Below are positions 48,270 through 59,234 of a stretch of DNA of 64,000 nucleotides, one piece after another. The position numbers and the translations under genes are program-made. The number at the start of each line of letters is the position of its first letter. The first letter of the stretch is position 1. Under the pieces are notes generated by a model that was not told the DNA's origin, searched no databases, and saw only the letters and a list, made by a program, of their open reading frames with translations. Source of the stretch: Cyanobium sp. PLM2.Bin73 (lineage in GTDB: Bacteria; Cyanobacteriota; Cyanobacteriia; PCC-6307; Cyanobiaceae); contig REEV01000106.1 in assembly GCA_007694915.1 (NCBI GenBank), forward strand, positions 23,077 to 87,076. Direction: 5' to 3'.

Positions 48270-50180
48270 TTGCCCGCTCCCCTGCCCCTGTCGCTGCAGC
48301 TGGCCTGGCTGATTCCGCTATATGGCTTCAGCGGACTGGTGCTGGCCCTGCCCTGGGCCTGCGGGATGTTCCGCCGCAATGGTCAGCGGCCCGCCGCCTA
48401 CCTCAACATCCTCGTCACCCTGGTGGCGGTGCTGCACGGCAGCCTGGCCCTCCGCGACGTGTGGCTGGGCGGGCCGCACCACATCAGCCACTCCTGGTTT
48501 GCGGTGGCCGATCTGAATCTGCGCATCGGCCTCGACCTCTCCCTTTACAGCCTGGCGGCCCTGGCGCTGGTGACGTTCATGAGCCTGCTGGCCCAGGTGT
48601 TCGCCCTGGGCTACATGGACAAGGAGTGGTCGCTGGCCCGCTTCTTCGGCCTGCTGGGATTCTTCGAGGGGGCGCTCTCCGGGTTGGTGCTGAGCAGCAA
48701 CCTGTTCCTGAGCTATTTCCTGCTGGAGATGCTCACCCTCTCCACCTACCTCCTGGTGGGCTTCTGGTATGCCCAGCCCTTGGTGGTCACCGCCGCCCGT
48801 GACGCCTTCCTCACCAAGCGCGTGGGCGACGTGCTGCTGCTGATGAGTGTGGTGGCCCTGGCGGCCTGGGCGGGCTCGATGGAATTCACCGACCTCTACA
48901 GCTGGGCCGCTGAGGCCAAGCGCAGCGCCAGCATCAGCCCCCTGGCCGGCACCCTGCTGGGGTTGGGGCTGATCGCCGGGCCGATGGGCAAGTGCGCCCA
49001 GTTCCCCATGCATCTCTGGCTGGATGAGGCGATGGAGGGCCCCAATCCGGCCTCGATCCTGCGCAATTCGGTGGTGGTGACGGCCGGCGCCCTGGTGCTG
49101 ATGAAGCTGATGCCGCTGCTGCAGCTGTCGCTGATCGCCAACGACGTGCTGCTGGCGGTGGGCACGATCAGTGCCCTGGCCGGCGGCCTGGTGGCCATCG
49201 CCCAGGTGGATCTCAAACGCGCGTTCTCCTACTCCACCACCTCCTACATGGGCCTGGTGTTCGTGGCCATCGCCCTGCAGCAGCCGGCCATCGCCCTGTT
49301 GCTGCTGCTCTGTCACGGGCTGGCCAAGGCCCTGCTGTTCATGAGCGTGGGCGGCGTGATCGCCACCACCAACTGCCAGGACCTCACCGAGCTTGGCGGG
49401 ATCGGCCGGCGCATGCCAGCTACCCTCAGCGCCTACGTGGTGGCAGCAGCCGGGCTGGTGGGCCTGCTGCCCCTGGGTTGCTTCTGGTGCTATGGCCAGA
49501 TGGTGCAGGCCCTGAGCCCCGCCGCCCTGCCGTTCGCGCTGGTGTTCCTGCTCACCAACCTGCTCACGGCGGCCAACCTCACCCGCGTGTTCCGCTCCCT
49601 GTTTCTGGGGGCACCGATGCCCAAGACGCGCCGCACCCCTGAGGTGAACTGGCTGATGGCCCTGCCGATGGTGAGCCTCACCGTGGTGGTGCTGCTCACG
49701 CCCCTGCTGATGCAGCGCATCGATCCGGTGCCGGGCATCGCCGCCTTCTCCCTGCCTGTGGGGCTGGCCGTGGCGGCCAGCGGCCTGGCGGGGGTGCTGG
49801 CGGGCGGGCTGATCCCCCTCAGCCGCTTCCGCGCCCGGCCGATCGCCGATCCCCTACGCGCCCTACAGAGCCTGCTCTCCAACGACTTCTACACCGGGCA
49901 CATCTACAGAGCCACGGTTGTGGCCTTCGTGGCCGGGGCGGCCCGCTTCACCGACTGGGTGGATCAGCGGCTGGTGAACGGCCTGGTGAACGGCGTCGGT
50001 CGGCTGTCCCTGCAGAGCGCCGAAACCCTGCGGCTGAGCGTCAGCGGCCAGCTGCAGTCGTACGTGCTCACGGTGGTGCTGGCCATCCTGCTGCTGCTCT
50101 CGGGCCTGAGCTGGTGGGGCGGCCTGCCGCCGCTGCTCCCCGGCGGGCTGGCCGCGGCGGCCCCGGAGGTCGTGGGATGA
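48270..50180 (+). CDS. ndhF4: NDH-1 specialised CO2-uptake subunit NdhF4 (NuoL family)
   Basis: 636-aa polytopic NuoL/NdhF-type antiporter-like subunit, directly followed by ndhD4 and chpX. The start is TTG at 48270 and is uncertain. Confidence 0.88.
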   Translation: MPAPLPLSLQLAWLIPLYGFSGLVLALPWACGMFRRNGQRPAAYLNILVTLVAVLHGSLALRDVWLGGPHHISHSWFAVADLNLRIGLDLSLYSLAALALVTFMSLLAQVFALGYMDKEWSLARFFGLLGFFEGALSGLVLSSNLFLSYFLLEMLTLSTYLLVGFWYAQPLVVTAARDAFLTKRVGDVLLLMSVVALAAWAGSMEFTDLYSWAAEAKRSASISPLAGTLLGLGLIAGPMGKCAQFPMHLWLDEAMEGPNPASILRNSVVVTAGALVLMKLMPLLQLSLIANDVLLAVGTISALAGGLVAIAQVDLKRAFSYSTTSYMGLVFVAIALQQPAIALLLLLCHGLAKALLFMSVGGVIATTNCQDLTELGGIGRRMPATLSAYVVAAAGLVGLLPLGCFWCYGQMVQALSPAALPFALVFLLTNLLTAANLTRVFRSLFLGAPMPKTRRTPEVNWLMALPMVSLTVVVLLTPLLMQRIDPVPGIAAFSLPVGLAVAASGLAGVLAGGLIPLSRFRARPIADPLRALQSLLSNDFYTGHIYRATVVAFVAGAARFTDWVDQRLVNGLVNGVGRLSLQSAETLRLSVSGQLQSYVLTVVLAILLLLSGLSWWGGLPPLLPGGLAAAAPEVVG

Positions 50181-51724
50181 GCCTGGCCGAGCTGCCCCTG
50201 CTGTCGCTGCTGCTGGCCATACCCCTGGCGGGCAGCCTGGCGATCCTGCTCTGGCCTGGCACACCCCTGCCGGAACAGCTGCGCCGCGTGGCGATCGTGG
50301 TGATGGCACTGCAGATCCTCGCCAGCCTGCTGGTGCTTGTGCCGTTCGATCCAGGTGATCCGGAGCTGCAGCTGCGCGAGATCCACCGCTGGCTGCCCGG
50401 CATCGGCCTTTACTACCGCCTAGGAATCGATGGCCTGTCGCTGCCCCTGGTGCTGATCAATGGCGCCCTGACGCTGGTGTCGGTGGTGTGCACGCGGGAG
50501 TTCAGCCGCCGGCCACGCCTCTACTTCTCCCTGCTGCTGCTGATCAGCGCGGCGGTGAACGGAGCTTTCCTGGCCGACAACCTGCTGCTCTTCTTCCTGT
50601 TCTATGAACTGGAGCTGATTCCCCTCTGGCTGCTGATCTCGATCTGGGGCGGAGCCGGGCGGGCCTACGCAGCCACCAAGTTTCTGATCTTCACGGCCAT
50701 CTCCGGGATGCTGATCCTGGGTGCCTTCCTGGGTCTGGCCCTGCTCACCGGCACGGTGGACTTCAGCCTCACGCCCGTCACCAGCGAGCGGCTGGCCATG
50801 GGCAGCCAGCTGGTGCTGCTCGGGGCCCTGCTGGTGGGCTTCGGCATCAAGATGCCCCTGGTGCCGTTTCACACCTGGCTGCCGGATGCCCACACCCAGG
50901 CCTCCACGCCGGTGTCGGTGCTGCTGGCCGGCGTGCTGCTCAAGCTCGGCACCTACGGCCTGCTGCGCTTCGGCATGGGACTGTTTCCCGAGGCCTGGTC
51001 GCGGCTCGCCCCGGGCCTGGCGATCTGGGCGGCGGTGTCGGTGCTGTTCGGATCCCTGGCCGCCATCGCCCAGCGGGACATGAAGCGGATGGTGGCCTAC
51101 AGCTCCGTGGGGCACATGGGCTACGTGCTGCTGGCCGCTGCCGCCGCCACGCCTGTGGCGCTGCTGGGCGCCACCTTCCAGATGGTGAGCCACGGCCTGA
51201 TCTCGGCCCTGCTGTTCCTGCTGGTGGGCACGGTGTACCGGAAGACCGGCAGTCGTGATCTCGAGGTGCTGCGCGGCTTGCTCAACCCGGAGCGCGGCCT
51301 GCCGCTCACCGGCAGCCTGATGATCCTGGCCGTGATGGCCAGCGCCGGACTGCCGGGGATGGCGGGCTTCATCTCCGAATTCCTCGTGTTCCGCGGCAGC
51401 ATCAACGCCTTCCCCCTGGCCACGCTGCTGTCGATGGTGGGCTCCGGTCTCACTGCCGTGTACTTCCTGCTGCTGGTGAACCGGGCCTTCTTCGGCCGGC
51501 TGGCGATCACGCCGGTGGACGACCCCCTGCGCCACGCCCGCCTGGATGTCCAGCTGCCCAGCGTGGCCAGCCGCGAAACAGTGCCGGCCATGGCCCTGGC
51601 AGCGGGGGTGGTGGTGCTGGGCCTGCTGCCTTCGATCCTCGGCGAACTCAGCGAAGCCACCAGCAGCGCCATGGCCCAGCTGCCGGTGCTGCTGGCCGCC
51701 ATCGGCCAGGGAGGTGTGAGCTGA
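50177..51724 (+). CDS. ndhD4: NDH-1 specialised CO2-uptake subunit NdhD4 (NuoM family)
   Basis: ATG at 50177 overlaps the ndhF4 TGA (ATGA). The sequence is MSLAELPLLSLLLAIPLAGSL... The NuoM motifs are FYELELIPLWLLI and PFHTWLPDAH. Confidence 0.9.
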   Translation: MSLAELPLLSLLLAIPLAGSLAILLWPGTPLPEQLRRVAIVVMALQILASLLVLVPFDPGDPELQLREIHRWLPGIGLYYRLGIDGLSLPLVLINGALTLVSVVCTREFSRRPRLYFSLLLLISAAVNGAFLADNLLLFFLFYELELIPLWLLISIWGGAGRAYAATKFLIFTAISGMLILGAFLGLALLTGTVDFSLTPVTSERLAMGSQLVLLGALLVGFGIKMPLVPFHTWLPDAHTQASTPVSVLLAGVLLKLGTYGLLRFGMGLFPEAWSRLAPGLAIWAAVSVLFGSLAAIAQRDMKRMVAYSSVGHMGYVLLAAAAATPVALLGATFQMVSHGLISALLFLLVGTVYRKTGSRDLEVLRGLLNPERGLPLTGSLMILAVMASAGLPGMAGFISEFLVFRGSINAFPLATLLSMVGSGLTAVYFLLLVNRAFFGRLAITPVDDPLRHARLDVQLPSVASRETVPAMALAAGVVVLGLLPSILGELSEATSSAMAQLPVLLAAIGQGGVS

Positions 51725-52887
51725 TGCCGGTGATCCCCGCCGAACTCACCATCGACGGCGGCATGCCGGCGGCCGGGGAGCTGGTGCAACGGCTGCTCAG
51801 CGGTGAAACGTTGCTGGCCGACTGCCCCGATCACGTGCTGGAGGTGGTGGGGGTGCTGGAGAGCTATGGGGAGGTGCTGGATGCCTACAGCATCAACCTC
51901 ATCTACCAGGCGGAGCGGCAGTTTCTCAATCCCTTCCCCGTATTCAAGTATTTCAACGGCGAGATCACTCCGGAAAAGATCTGGCGCTATCTCAACCACG
52001 ACCGCATCAATTTTGAATATGCCGAATACTGCATGAAGGCCATGCTCTGGCATGGCACCGGCGGGCTCGACGCCTATCTCGACAGCGACGACTTCGCCGC
52101 CAGCTGTCAAGCGACCATCGCCTGCAAGTGCCGCCGCGATCCCCTCCTGGGCCTGCTCCATCCCCTGGCTCCCAGCTTCCTGCCGGAGCTGATCCGCAGC
52201 GCCGCCACCACCCACGCCCTCGGCCAGTTCTGGCGAGTGATGAGTGATCTGTTCCTGGATCTGGCCAGCGCCGAACGCGACGGCCGCGTGCGCTCCATCC
52301 CGGCGGTGGTGGCGTTCATCAAGGACGGGCTGGTGGCCGCCGCCGCCGATCCGATCACCTACGCCGTGGAGATCGGCGGCCAGCGGCACTGGGTGCTGCC
52401 GCCCGAGGCCGGCCTCAGCTTCCTGGTGGATGTGGCCGTTCCCTACGTGGAGGCGGTGTTCCTGCGGGGCATGCCGTTCTTCGGCACCGTGAGTTTCAAC
52501 GCCCAGGCCCGCCAGATCTCCACCGACCAGGGACGCTTCGCCTACGGGGCCCTCTATGCCGATCCGCTGCCCACCATGGGGGCCGGCATCCCCCCCAGCC
52601 TGCTGATGCAGGACATGCTCCGCCACCTGCCCGAACCCCTGCACAGCTGGTACCGCCAGCGCAGCCGGGGCGAGGGCGATGTGCGGGTGAAGATCTGCCG
52701 CAGCTTCCAGAAGTCGATGTTCTGCGTTACCAACGCCGCCATCAACGGCACCATGCCCCACCCCCTCGACACCAACGACCCCGAGCAGCAGCAGGCCAAC
52801 CGAGCCCACGCCGAGGCCTGGGCGGAGCGCCTGGCCGTGGCCCGCACCGACTGCCTGGCCGGCGACCGTCCACCAGTGCTGGCCTAG
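51724..52887 (+). CDS. chpX: CO2 hydration protein ChpX (CupB)
   Basis: 387 aa, with [43 protein letters not shown]...[20 protein letters not shown] typical of ChpX/ChpY. Its size fits ChpX. The ATG overlaps the ndhD4 TGA. Confidence 0.9.
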   Translation: MPVIPAELTIDGGMPAAGELVQRLLSGETLLADCPDHVLEVVGVLESYGEVLDAYSINLIYQAERQFLNPFPVFKYFNGEITPEKIWRYLNHDRINFEYAEYCMKAMLWHGTGGLDAYLDSDDFAASCQATIACKCRRDPLLGLLHPLAPSFLPELIRSAATTHALGQFWRVMSDLFLDLASAERDGRVRSIPAVVAFIKDGLVAAAADPITYAVEIGGQRHWVLPPEAGLSFLVDVAVPYVEAVFLRGMPFFGTVSFNAQARQISTDQGRFAYGALYADPLPTMGAGIPPSLLMQDMLRHLPEPLHSWYRQRSRGEGDVRVKICRSFQKSMFCVTNAAINGTMPHPLDTNDPEQQQANRAHAEAWAERLAVARTDCLAGDRPPVLA

Positions 52888-52896
52888 GGTTCGGCC

Positions 52897-53169
52897 ATGG
52901 AGCAGCCCTGGACCCCACGCCCCAAGCCCGAGCAGGCAGATTGGCTGGAGCGGCGCCTGGAGTTCAGCGATTACGCCGGCACCCGCGACTTCCTGGAGCG
53001 CCTCAACGCCCTGTGCGAGAGCGAGCAGCGCTTCCCCGACATCAGCTTCGGGCGCACCTACGTGAACCTCACCCTGCGGCCCGAGGCCGAGGGGGAGAAG
53101 GTGGGACCGCCGGAGCACGGGTTTGCCGCCGCCATCGATGCCCTGGCGACCAGCGTCCCTCAGCCATGA
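52897..53169 (+). CDS. Pterin-4a-carbinolamine-dehydratase-like protein (alpha-carboxysome RubisCO assembly factor, acRAF type)
   Basis: 90 aa with the PCD-fold pattern (W....[14 protein letters not shown]...[16 protein letters not shown]). It sits in the conserved CCM-locus position. Confidence 0.8.
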   Translation: MEQPWTPRPKPEQADWLERRLEFSDYAGTRDFLERLNALCESEQRFPDISFGRTYVNLTLRPEAEGEKVGPPEHGFAAAIDALATSVPQP

Positions 53170-54101
53170 GCACCAACCCGGCGCCGCCATCGGGCCCTGC
53201 CGGAGCGGTGGATCTGCGCCAGGAGTACGAGCGGGCGGGGGTGCAGGCGGTGCTCGATCAGCTCGATCGCGAGCTGGTGGGGCTCAAACCGGTGAAGGCC
53301 CGCATCCGCGAGATCGCGGCCCTGCTGGTGGTGAACCGGGCCCGGGAGCTGGTTGGGCTGGAGACGGCGCCGCCCAGCCTGCACATGTCGTTCACCGGAC
53401 GGCCCGGCACCGGCAAGACCACCGTGGCCGAGCGCATGAGCCGGATCCTGCACGGGCTGGGCTACGTGCGCCAGGGCCATGTGGTCACCGCCACCCGCGA
53501 TGACCTGGTGGGGCAATACATCGGCCACACCGCCCCCAAGACCAGGGAGATGCTCAAGCGGGCGATGGGCGGCGTGCTGTTCATCGATGAGGCCTATTAC
53601 CTCTACAGGCCGGAAAACGAGCGCGATTACGGCGCCGAGGCGATCGAAATCCTGCTGCAGGTGATGGAGAGCAACCGCGACGATCTGGTGGTGATCTTCG
53701 CGGGCTACAAGGAGCGCATGGATGTGTTCTACCAAAGCAATCCTGGCCTCTCGTCGCGGGTGGCCAACCACATCGACTTTCCCGACTACAGCGCCGAGGA
53801 GCTGCTGGCGATCGCCCAGCTGATTCTGGCGGCCGAAAACTACCGCTTCAGCGAGGAGGCCAGGGACGCCTTCAGTGATTACATCCAGCGGCGCATGCAG
53901 TTGCCGTTCTTCGCCAATGCCCGCTCGATCCGCAATGCCATCGACCGGGCCCGCATGCGCCAGGCCAACCGCCTGTTCAGCCGTATGGGTTCGGCGGTGA
54001 CCAAGCTCGATCTGATGACGATCGAAGCGGAGGACATCACCGCCAGCCGGGTGTTCCAGGGTGAAGTGGAGGGCCTCGATCCCGCCAGACCGCTGATCTA
54101 G
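53166..54101 (+). CDS. cbbX: AAA+ protein CbbX (red-type RubisCO activase homologue)
   Basis: ATG at 53166 overlaps the acRAF TGA (ATGA). It has [22 protein letters not shown], Walker A ([11 protein letters not shown]), Walker B ([14 protein letters not shown]) and the [10 protein letters not shown]...NPGLSSR region. Confidence 0.9.
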   Translation: MSTNPAPPSGPAGAVDLRQEYERAGVQAVLDQLDRELVGLKPVKARIREIAALLVVNRARELVGLETAPPSLHMSFTGRPGTGKTTVAERMSRILHGLGYVRQGHVVTATRDDLVGQYIGHTAPKTREMLKRAMGGVLFIDEAYYLYRPENERDYGAEAIEILLQVMESNRDDLVVIFAGYKERMDVFYQSNPGLSSRVANHIDFPDYSAEELLAIAQLILAAENYRFSEEARDAFSDYIQRRMQLPFFANARSIRNAIDRARMRQANRLFSRMGSAVTKLDLMTIEAEDITASRVFQGEVEGLDPARPLI

Positions 54102-54128
54102 GCTCGCCGTGAACAATCAATCGAGCCC

Positions 54129-54647
54129 ATGCCTCTGGCGTCCTTCTGCAGATCTCTGCTGACCCCATCACAGCTGGCGGCTCTCGCCCTGGCCTGCGGC
54201 CTGCCCCTGGCGGGCACCACTGCCGCGCGTGCTGAAACCTGCACCTTTCTGCGGCCGATCGGTGGCGACGGTGAGAGCAACATCGTGTCCAAGCGTGTTG
54301 AACGGCCGAAGGTGATGCCCATGGGCATGCTGCTTGGCCAGACCAACTGGAACACCGATTTCATCGTTGATCAGCCCTACAGCAGATACAAGTTTTTCTT
54401 CACCGCCAACTCATCCGATCCCAACGCCACCTATCCGGTGGAGGGATTCATGAAATTCACTGATGGGACGAGCTTGAAGGTCATTGATCAGGAGATGAGC
54501 CCGCCGATCGGCACCGGCAAGATGTTCGGCCCCTTCCTGGCCGTGCCCGGCAAGCCAGCCAGCCAGATGAACTTCAAGGTGGGTGCCAGCAAGAACCCGG
54601 AAGCGACAGGCTTCAGCTACCGCATCTCGGTGCAGGGCTGCAACTGA
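54129..54647 (+). CDS. Secreted hypothetical protein (172 aa), A/T-richer than its surroundings
   Basis: It has a signal peptide (MPLASFCRSLLTPSQLAALALACGLPLAGTTAARA). The mature roughly 135 aa have protein-like composition (N, K, F, Y, D, I rich) with Cys near both ends (ETCTF ... VQGCN). I recognised no family. Confidence 0.55.
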   Translation: MPLASFCRSLLTPSQLAALALACGLPLAGTTAARAETCTFLRPIGGDGESNIVSKRVERPKVMPMGMLLGQTNWNTDFIVDQPYSRYKFFFTANSSDPNATYPVEGFMKFTDGTSLKVIDQEMSPPIGTGKMFGPFLAVPGKPASQMNFKVGASKNPEATGFSYRISVQGCN

Positions 54648-54663
54648 TCCCGCCGCCACGAGA

Positions 54664-56115
<1,452 letters not shown>

Positions 56116-56210
56116 ACCACGCCGGGGGCGAACTCTACGCAGAGGTGACCCGCCGCACCGTCTTTAATGAAGCGGAATGCCCGCGCAGCTGCCGCTCGCC
56201 ACCCTCCCCC

Positions 56211-57359
56211 ATGCCCCGCACCGTTCCCTGCTCCCGCAGCGCCGGCCTCGCCGGCCTGATCGCCGCGGCGGCATTGCTGGCCGGCTGCGGCAGCCGCACC
56301 ATCCCCGGCTTGCCACGGCTGCCGGGGGAGAACGGCAGCGAGTCGGTGCGCATCAGCGACGCCCCACCGACAGCTCCGCTGCAGGCCAGCAGCAACGTGA
56401 TCGTGGAGGCGGTGGAGAAGGTGGGGCCATCCGTGGTGCGGATTGACACCACCAAGCGGGTGATCAACCCCCTCGGCGGCCTGTTCGGCCGTGGGCCATC
56501 GATCCAGCAGCAACAGGGCCAGGGATCGGGCTTCATCACCCGCTCCGACGGCGTGATCCTCACCAACGCCCACGTGGTGGAGGGGGCCAGCGATGTGTCG
56601 GTCACCCTTCCCGATGGCCGCAGCTTCAGCGGCAAGGTGCTGGGCACCGACCCGCTCACCGACGTTGGGGTGGTGAAGGTGGTGGCCAGCAAGCTGCCCG
56701 TGGCACCCCTGGGCGATTCCAGCCGGGTGCGGCCGGGAGAATGGGCGATCGCCATCGGCAACCCCCTCGGCCTCGACAACACCGTGACCGCCGGGATCAT
56801 CAGCGCCATCGAGCGCACCAATGCGGTGGGTGAGGGCCAGCGGGTGCCCTACATCCAGACCGACGCCGCCGTGAACCCCGGCAACAGCGGCGGCCCCCTG
56901 ATCAACGACCGCGGCCAGGTGATCGGCATCAACACCGCCATCCGTCAGGCCCCGGGCGCCGGCCTGAGCTTCGCGATCCCGATCGACGTGGCCCGCCAGA
57001 TCGCCGCCCAGATCCTCGAGCGGGGCTACGCCAGCCACCCCTACATCGGCGTGCGCCTGCAGGCCATCACCCCCCAGCTGGCCCGCGAGATCAACGCCAG
57101 CACCGACGAGTGCCGCCTGCCGGAGGTGAACGGGGTGGTGGTGGTGGACGTGATGCCCGACAGCCCGGCCGACCGGGGTGGCATGCGCGCCTGCGACCTG
57201 ATCGAGAAGGTGGGCGGCAACGCCGTGCGCAACCCCTCCGAGGTGCAGCTGGGGGTGGACAAGGTGCGGGTGGGGGATGAGCTGGAGATCGTGGTGCGCC
57301 GGGGTCAGGAGAGCCGCAGCCTCACCGTGAGGCCCGCCGAACTGCCCCGGCAGGGTTGA
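56211..57359 (+). CDS. htrA: HtrA/DegP-family serine protease with one PDZ domain
   Basis: ATG at 56211 followed by a lipoprotein-like signal (LIAAAALLAGCGS). The catalytic triad context is TNAHVV, D, and GNSGGPL, and there is a C-terminal PDZ domain. Confidence 0.88.
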   Translation: MPRTVPCSRSAGLAGLIAAAALLAGCGSRTIPGLPRLPGENGSESVRISDAPPTAPLQASSNVIVEAVEKVGPSVVRIDTTKRVINPLGGLFGRGPSIQQQQGQGSGFITRSDGVILTNAHVVEGASDVSVTLPDGRSFSGKVLGTDPLTDVGVVKVVASKLPVAPLGDSSRVRPGEWAIAIGNPLGLDNTVTAGIISAIERTNAVGEGQRVPYIQTDAAVNPGNSGGPLINDRGQVIGINTAIRQAPGAGLSFAIPIDVARQIAAQILERGYASHPYIGVRLQAITPQLAREINASTDECRLPEVNGVVVVDVMPDSPADRGGMRACDLIEKVGGNAVRNPSEVQLGVDKVRVGDELEIVVRRGQESRSLTVRPAELPRQG

Positions 57360-57967
57360 GCATCCGGCGGTCGCTGGTGGTGATGGCGCGCTGGCCGGCC
57401 CCCGGTCGCTGCAAGAGCCGCCTGGCGGCCGGGATCGGCAGGCGCCGCGCCGCCGCCGTGCAGCGCCGGCTGGGGCTGCACACCTGCGCCGTGGCCCGCC
57501 GGGCGCAGGGCCGGCTGGCCTTTGAACTGGTGCTGGCCGTACAGGGCCTCGGCCCCCGGGCCCGGCGGCGCTGGGCCGCGGCCCTGGGCTGCGACCAGGC
57601 CGTGGACCAGGGACGCGGCGGCCTGGGGCTGCGGCTGCAGCGCCAGCTGCTGGCGGCCCGGCGCCGCGGCTCCGAGCAGGTGGTGCTGGTGGGCAGCGAT
57701 CTGCCCCTGCTGGAGGCCGCCGACCTGGTGCAGGCCTTCCAGTGCCTGGAGACAGCACCGCTGGTGCTGGGTCCGGCCGCGGACGGGGGCTACTGGCTGA
57801 TCGGCCTGCAGGGCTCCTGGCCGGCCCTGTTCAGCGGCATCCCCTGGGGAAGCGCCGTGGTGCTGGAGCACACCCGCCGCGCAGCGGCCCGGCTGGAGCT
57901 GGAGCCGGCATGGCTCAGCTGCCGCCACGACCTCGACCGGCCGGCCGACCTGGCGAGCTGGCGCTGA
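57356..57967 (+). CDS. DUF2064 (TIGR04282-type) nucleotidyltransferase-fold protein
   Basis: The N-terminus is LVVMARWPAPGRCKSRLA (the family pattern is AK.P.PG.VKTRL), and it also has VVLVGSDLP and DGGYWLIGL. The TTG start overlaps the htrA TGA. Confidence 0.65.
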   Translation: MSIRRSLVVMARWPAPGRCKSRLAAGIGRRRAAAVQRRLGLHTCAVARRAQGRLAFELVLAVQGLGPRARRRWAAALGCDQAVDQGRGGLGLRLQRQLLAARRRGSEQVVLVGSDLPLLEAADLVQAFQCLETAPLVLGPAADGGYWLIGLQGSWPALFSGIPWGSAVVLEHTRRAAARLELEPAWLSCRHDLDRPADLASWR

Positions 57968-57971
57968 GCGG

Positions 57972-58676
57972 ATGGGCGTGCTCAGCGTGGTGATCGCCAC
58001 CCGCAACGAGAGCGCCCGGCTGCCGACCCTGCTGGCCCAGCTGGCGCAGCAGCCCGCCCTGGTGCGGGAGGTGCTGGTGGTGGATGGTGGCAGTACCGAT
58101 GCCACCGCCCTGGTGGCCCGGCTGGGGGGTGCCCGGCTGCTGCGCTGCCCGCCGGGGCGGGGCCGTCAGCTGGCCCTGGGGGCGGCCGAGGCCAGCGCGG
58201 CCTGGCTGCTGCTGCTCCATGGCGACGTGCGCCTGCCCAGGCAGTGGGGATCGCACATTGCCCGGGCAATGGCCGCCCGCAACCGCGAACCCACCGCCGC
58301 GCCGGACCGGGCCTGGTATTTCGACCTGGCCATCGACGGCCCCAACCCCTCCCTGCGGCTGGTGGAACTGGGGACGGCCCTGCGCAGCCGCTGGCTGCAG
58401 CGGCCCTACGGCGACCAGGGGCTGCTGCTCAGCCGTTGCCTCTACGACGCCGTGGGCGGCATGCGGCCGCTGCCGCTGATGGAGGACCTGGAGCTGGTGC
58501 AACGCCTGAGCCGGCGGGGCCGCCTGCGCAGCCTCGGGGCGGCCCTGCTGGTGGACGGGCGCCGCTGGCGGCGGCTGGGGGTGTGGCGCACCACCCTGGC
58601 CAATGCCGGCCTGCGCCGCGCCTGGCGCCGGGGCGAAGCGCCGGAGCTGCTGGAGCAGCGCTACTACCAGCGGTGA
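57972..58676 (+). CDS. Family 2 glycosyltransferase (TIGR04283-type partner of DUF2064)
   Basis: The motifs are LSVVIATRNESARLPTLL, VVDGGSTD and YGDQGL. Confidence 0.8.
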   Translation: MGVLSVVIATRNESARLPTLLAQLAQQPALVREVLVVDGGSTDATALVARLGGARLLRCPPGRGRQLALGAAEASAAWLLLLHGDVRLPRQWGSHIARAMAARNREPTAAPDRAWYFDLAIDGPNPSLRLVELGTALRSRWLQRPYGDQGLLLSRCLYDAVGGMRPLPLMEDLELVQRLSRRGRLRSLGAALLVDGRRWRRLGVWRTTLANAGLRRAWRRGEAPELLEQRYYQR

Positions 58677-58712
58677 TGAGGTGGGAGCTGATCTGGTGGG
58701 GGTGATCGGGGC

Positions 58713-59192
58713 TCAGGGGGCGTACCAGAAGGCGCAGCGGCGCTGCAGGGGTTCCAGTTCCCAGCCCTGGCCCTGGTAGAAGCCCACCACGCCCGGATCG
58801 GCGAACAGGCTCACCCGCTCCACCTCCAGCTCGCGCAGCTGATCGAGCACGTAGGCCATCAGGGAGCGGCCCAATCCAGCCCCCTGGTAGTGGGGATGAA
58901 CGGCCACATCCCACACGGTGGCCTCCACCACCCCATCGCCGGTGCAGCGGGCAAAGCCCACCAGCCGGGGCACGCGGGGATCATGGCGCCAAAGCCCCAC
59001 CCGCAGCAGGCTGTGCTGCAGGGCCTTGCGCACCCGCCGCAGGGGGCGGCGGCTCCAACCCACGGCATCACAGAGCTGCTCGAGCTCAAACAGATCAATC
59101 GCCCGCTCGCGGCTCAACACCAGGCTCAGCTCCGGGTTGGGCGTCTCGCAGAGGCGGTGGCCAGGCCCGTAGAGATCACTGAGCAGATCCAC
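58713..59192 (-). CDS. GNAT-family N-acetyltransferase
   Basis: The acetyl-CoA motif is VHPHYQGAGLGRSLM. The start is GTG at 59192, the first usable start in the real part of ORF 58713..59906. Confidence 0.75.
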   Translation of the reverse strand: MDLLSDLYGPGHRLCETPNPELSLVLSRERAIDLFELEQLCDAVGWSRRPLRRVRKALQHSLLRVGLWRHDPRVPRLVGFARCTGDGVVEATVWDVAVHPHYQGAGLGRSLMAYVLDQLRELEVERVSLFADPGVVGFYQGQGWELEPLQRRCAFWYAP

Positions 59193-59234
59193 CGGGAACA
59201 GGGGGGTGCGGACGGGATGCCACGATCCTGACTG

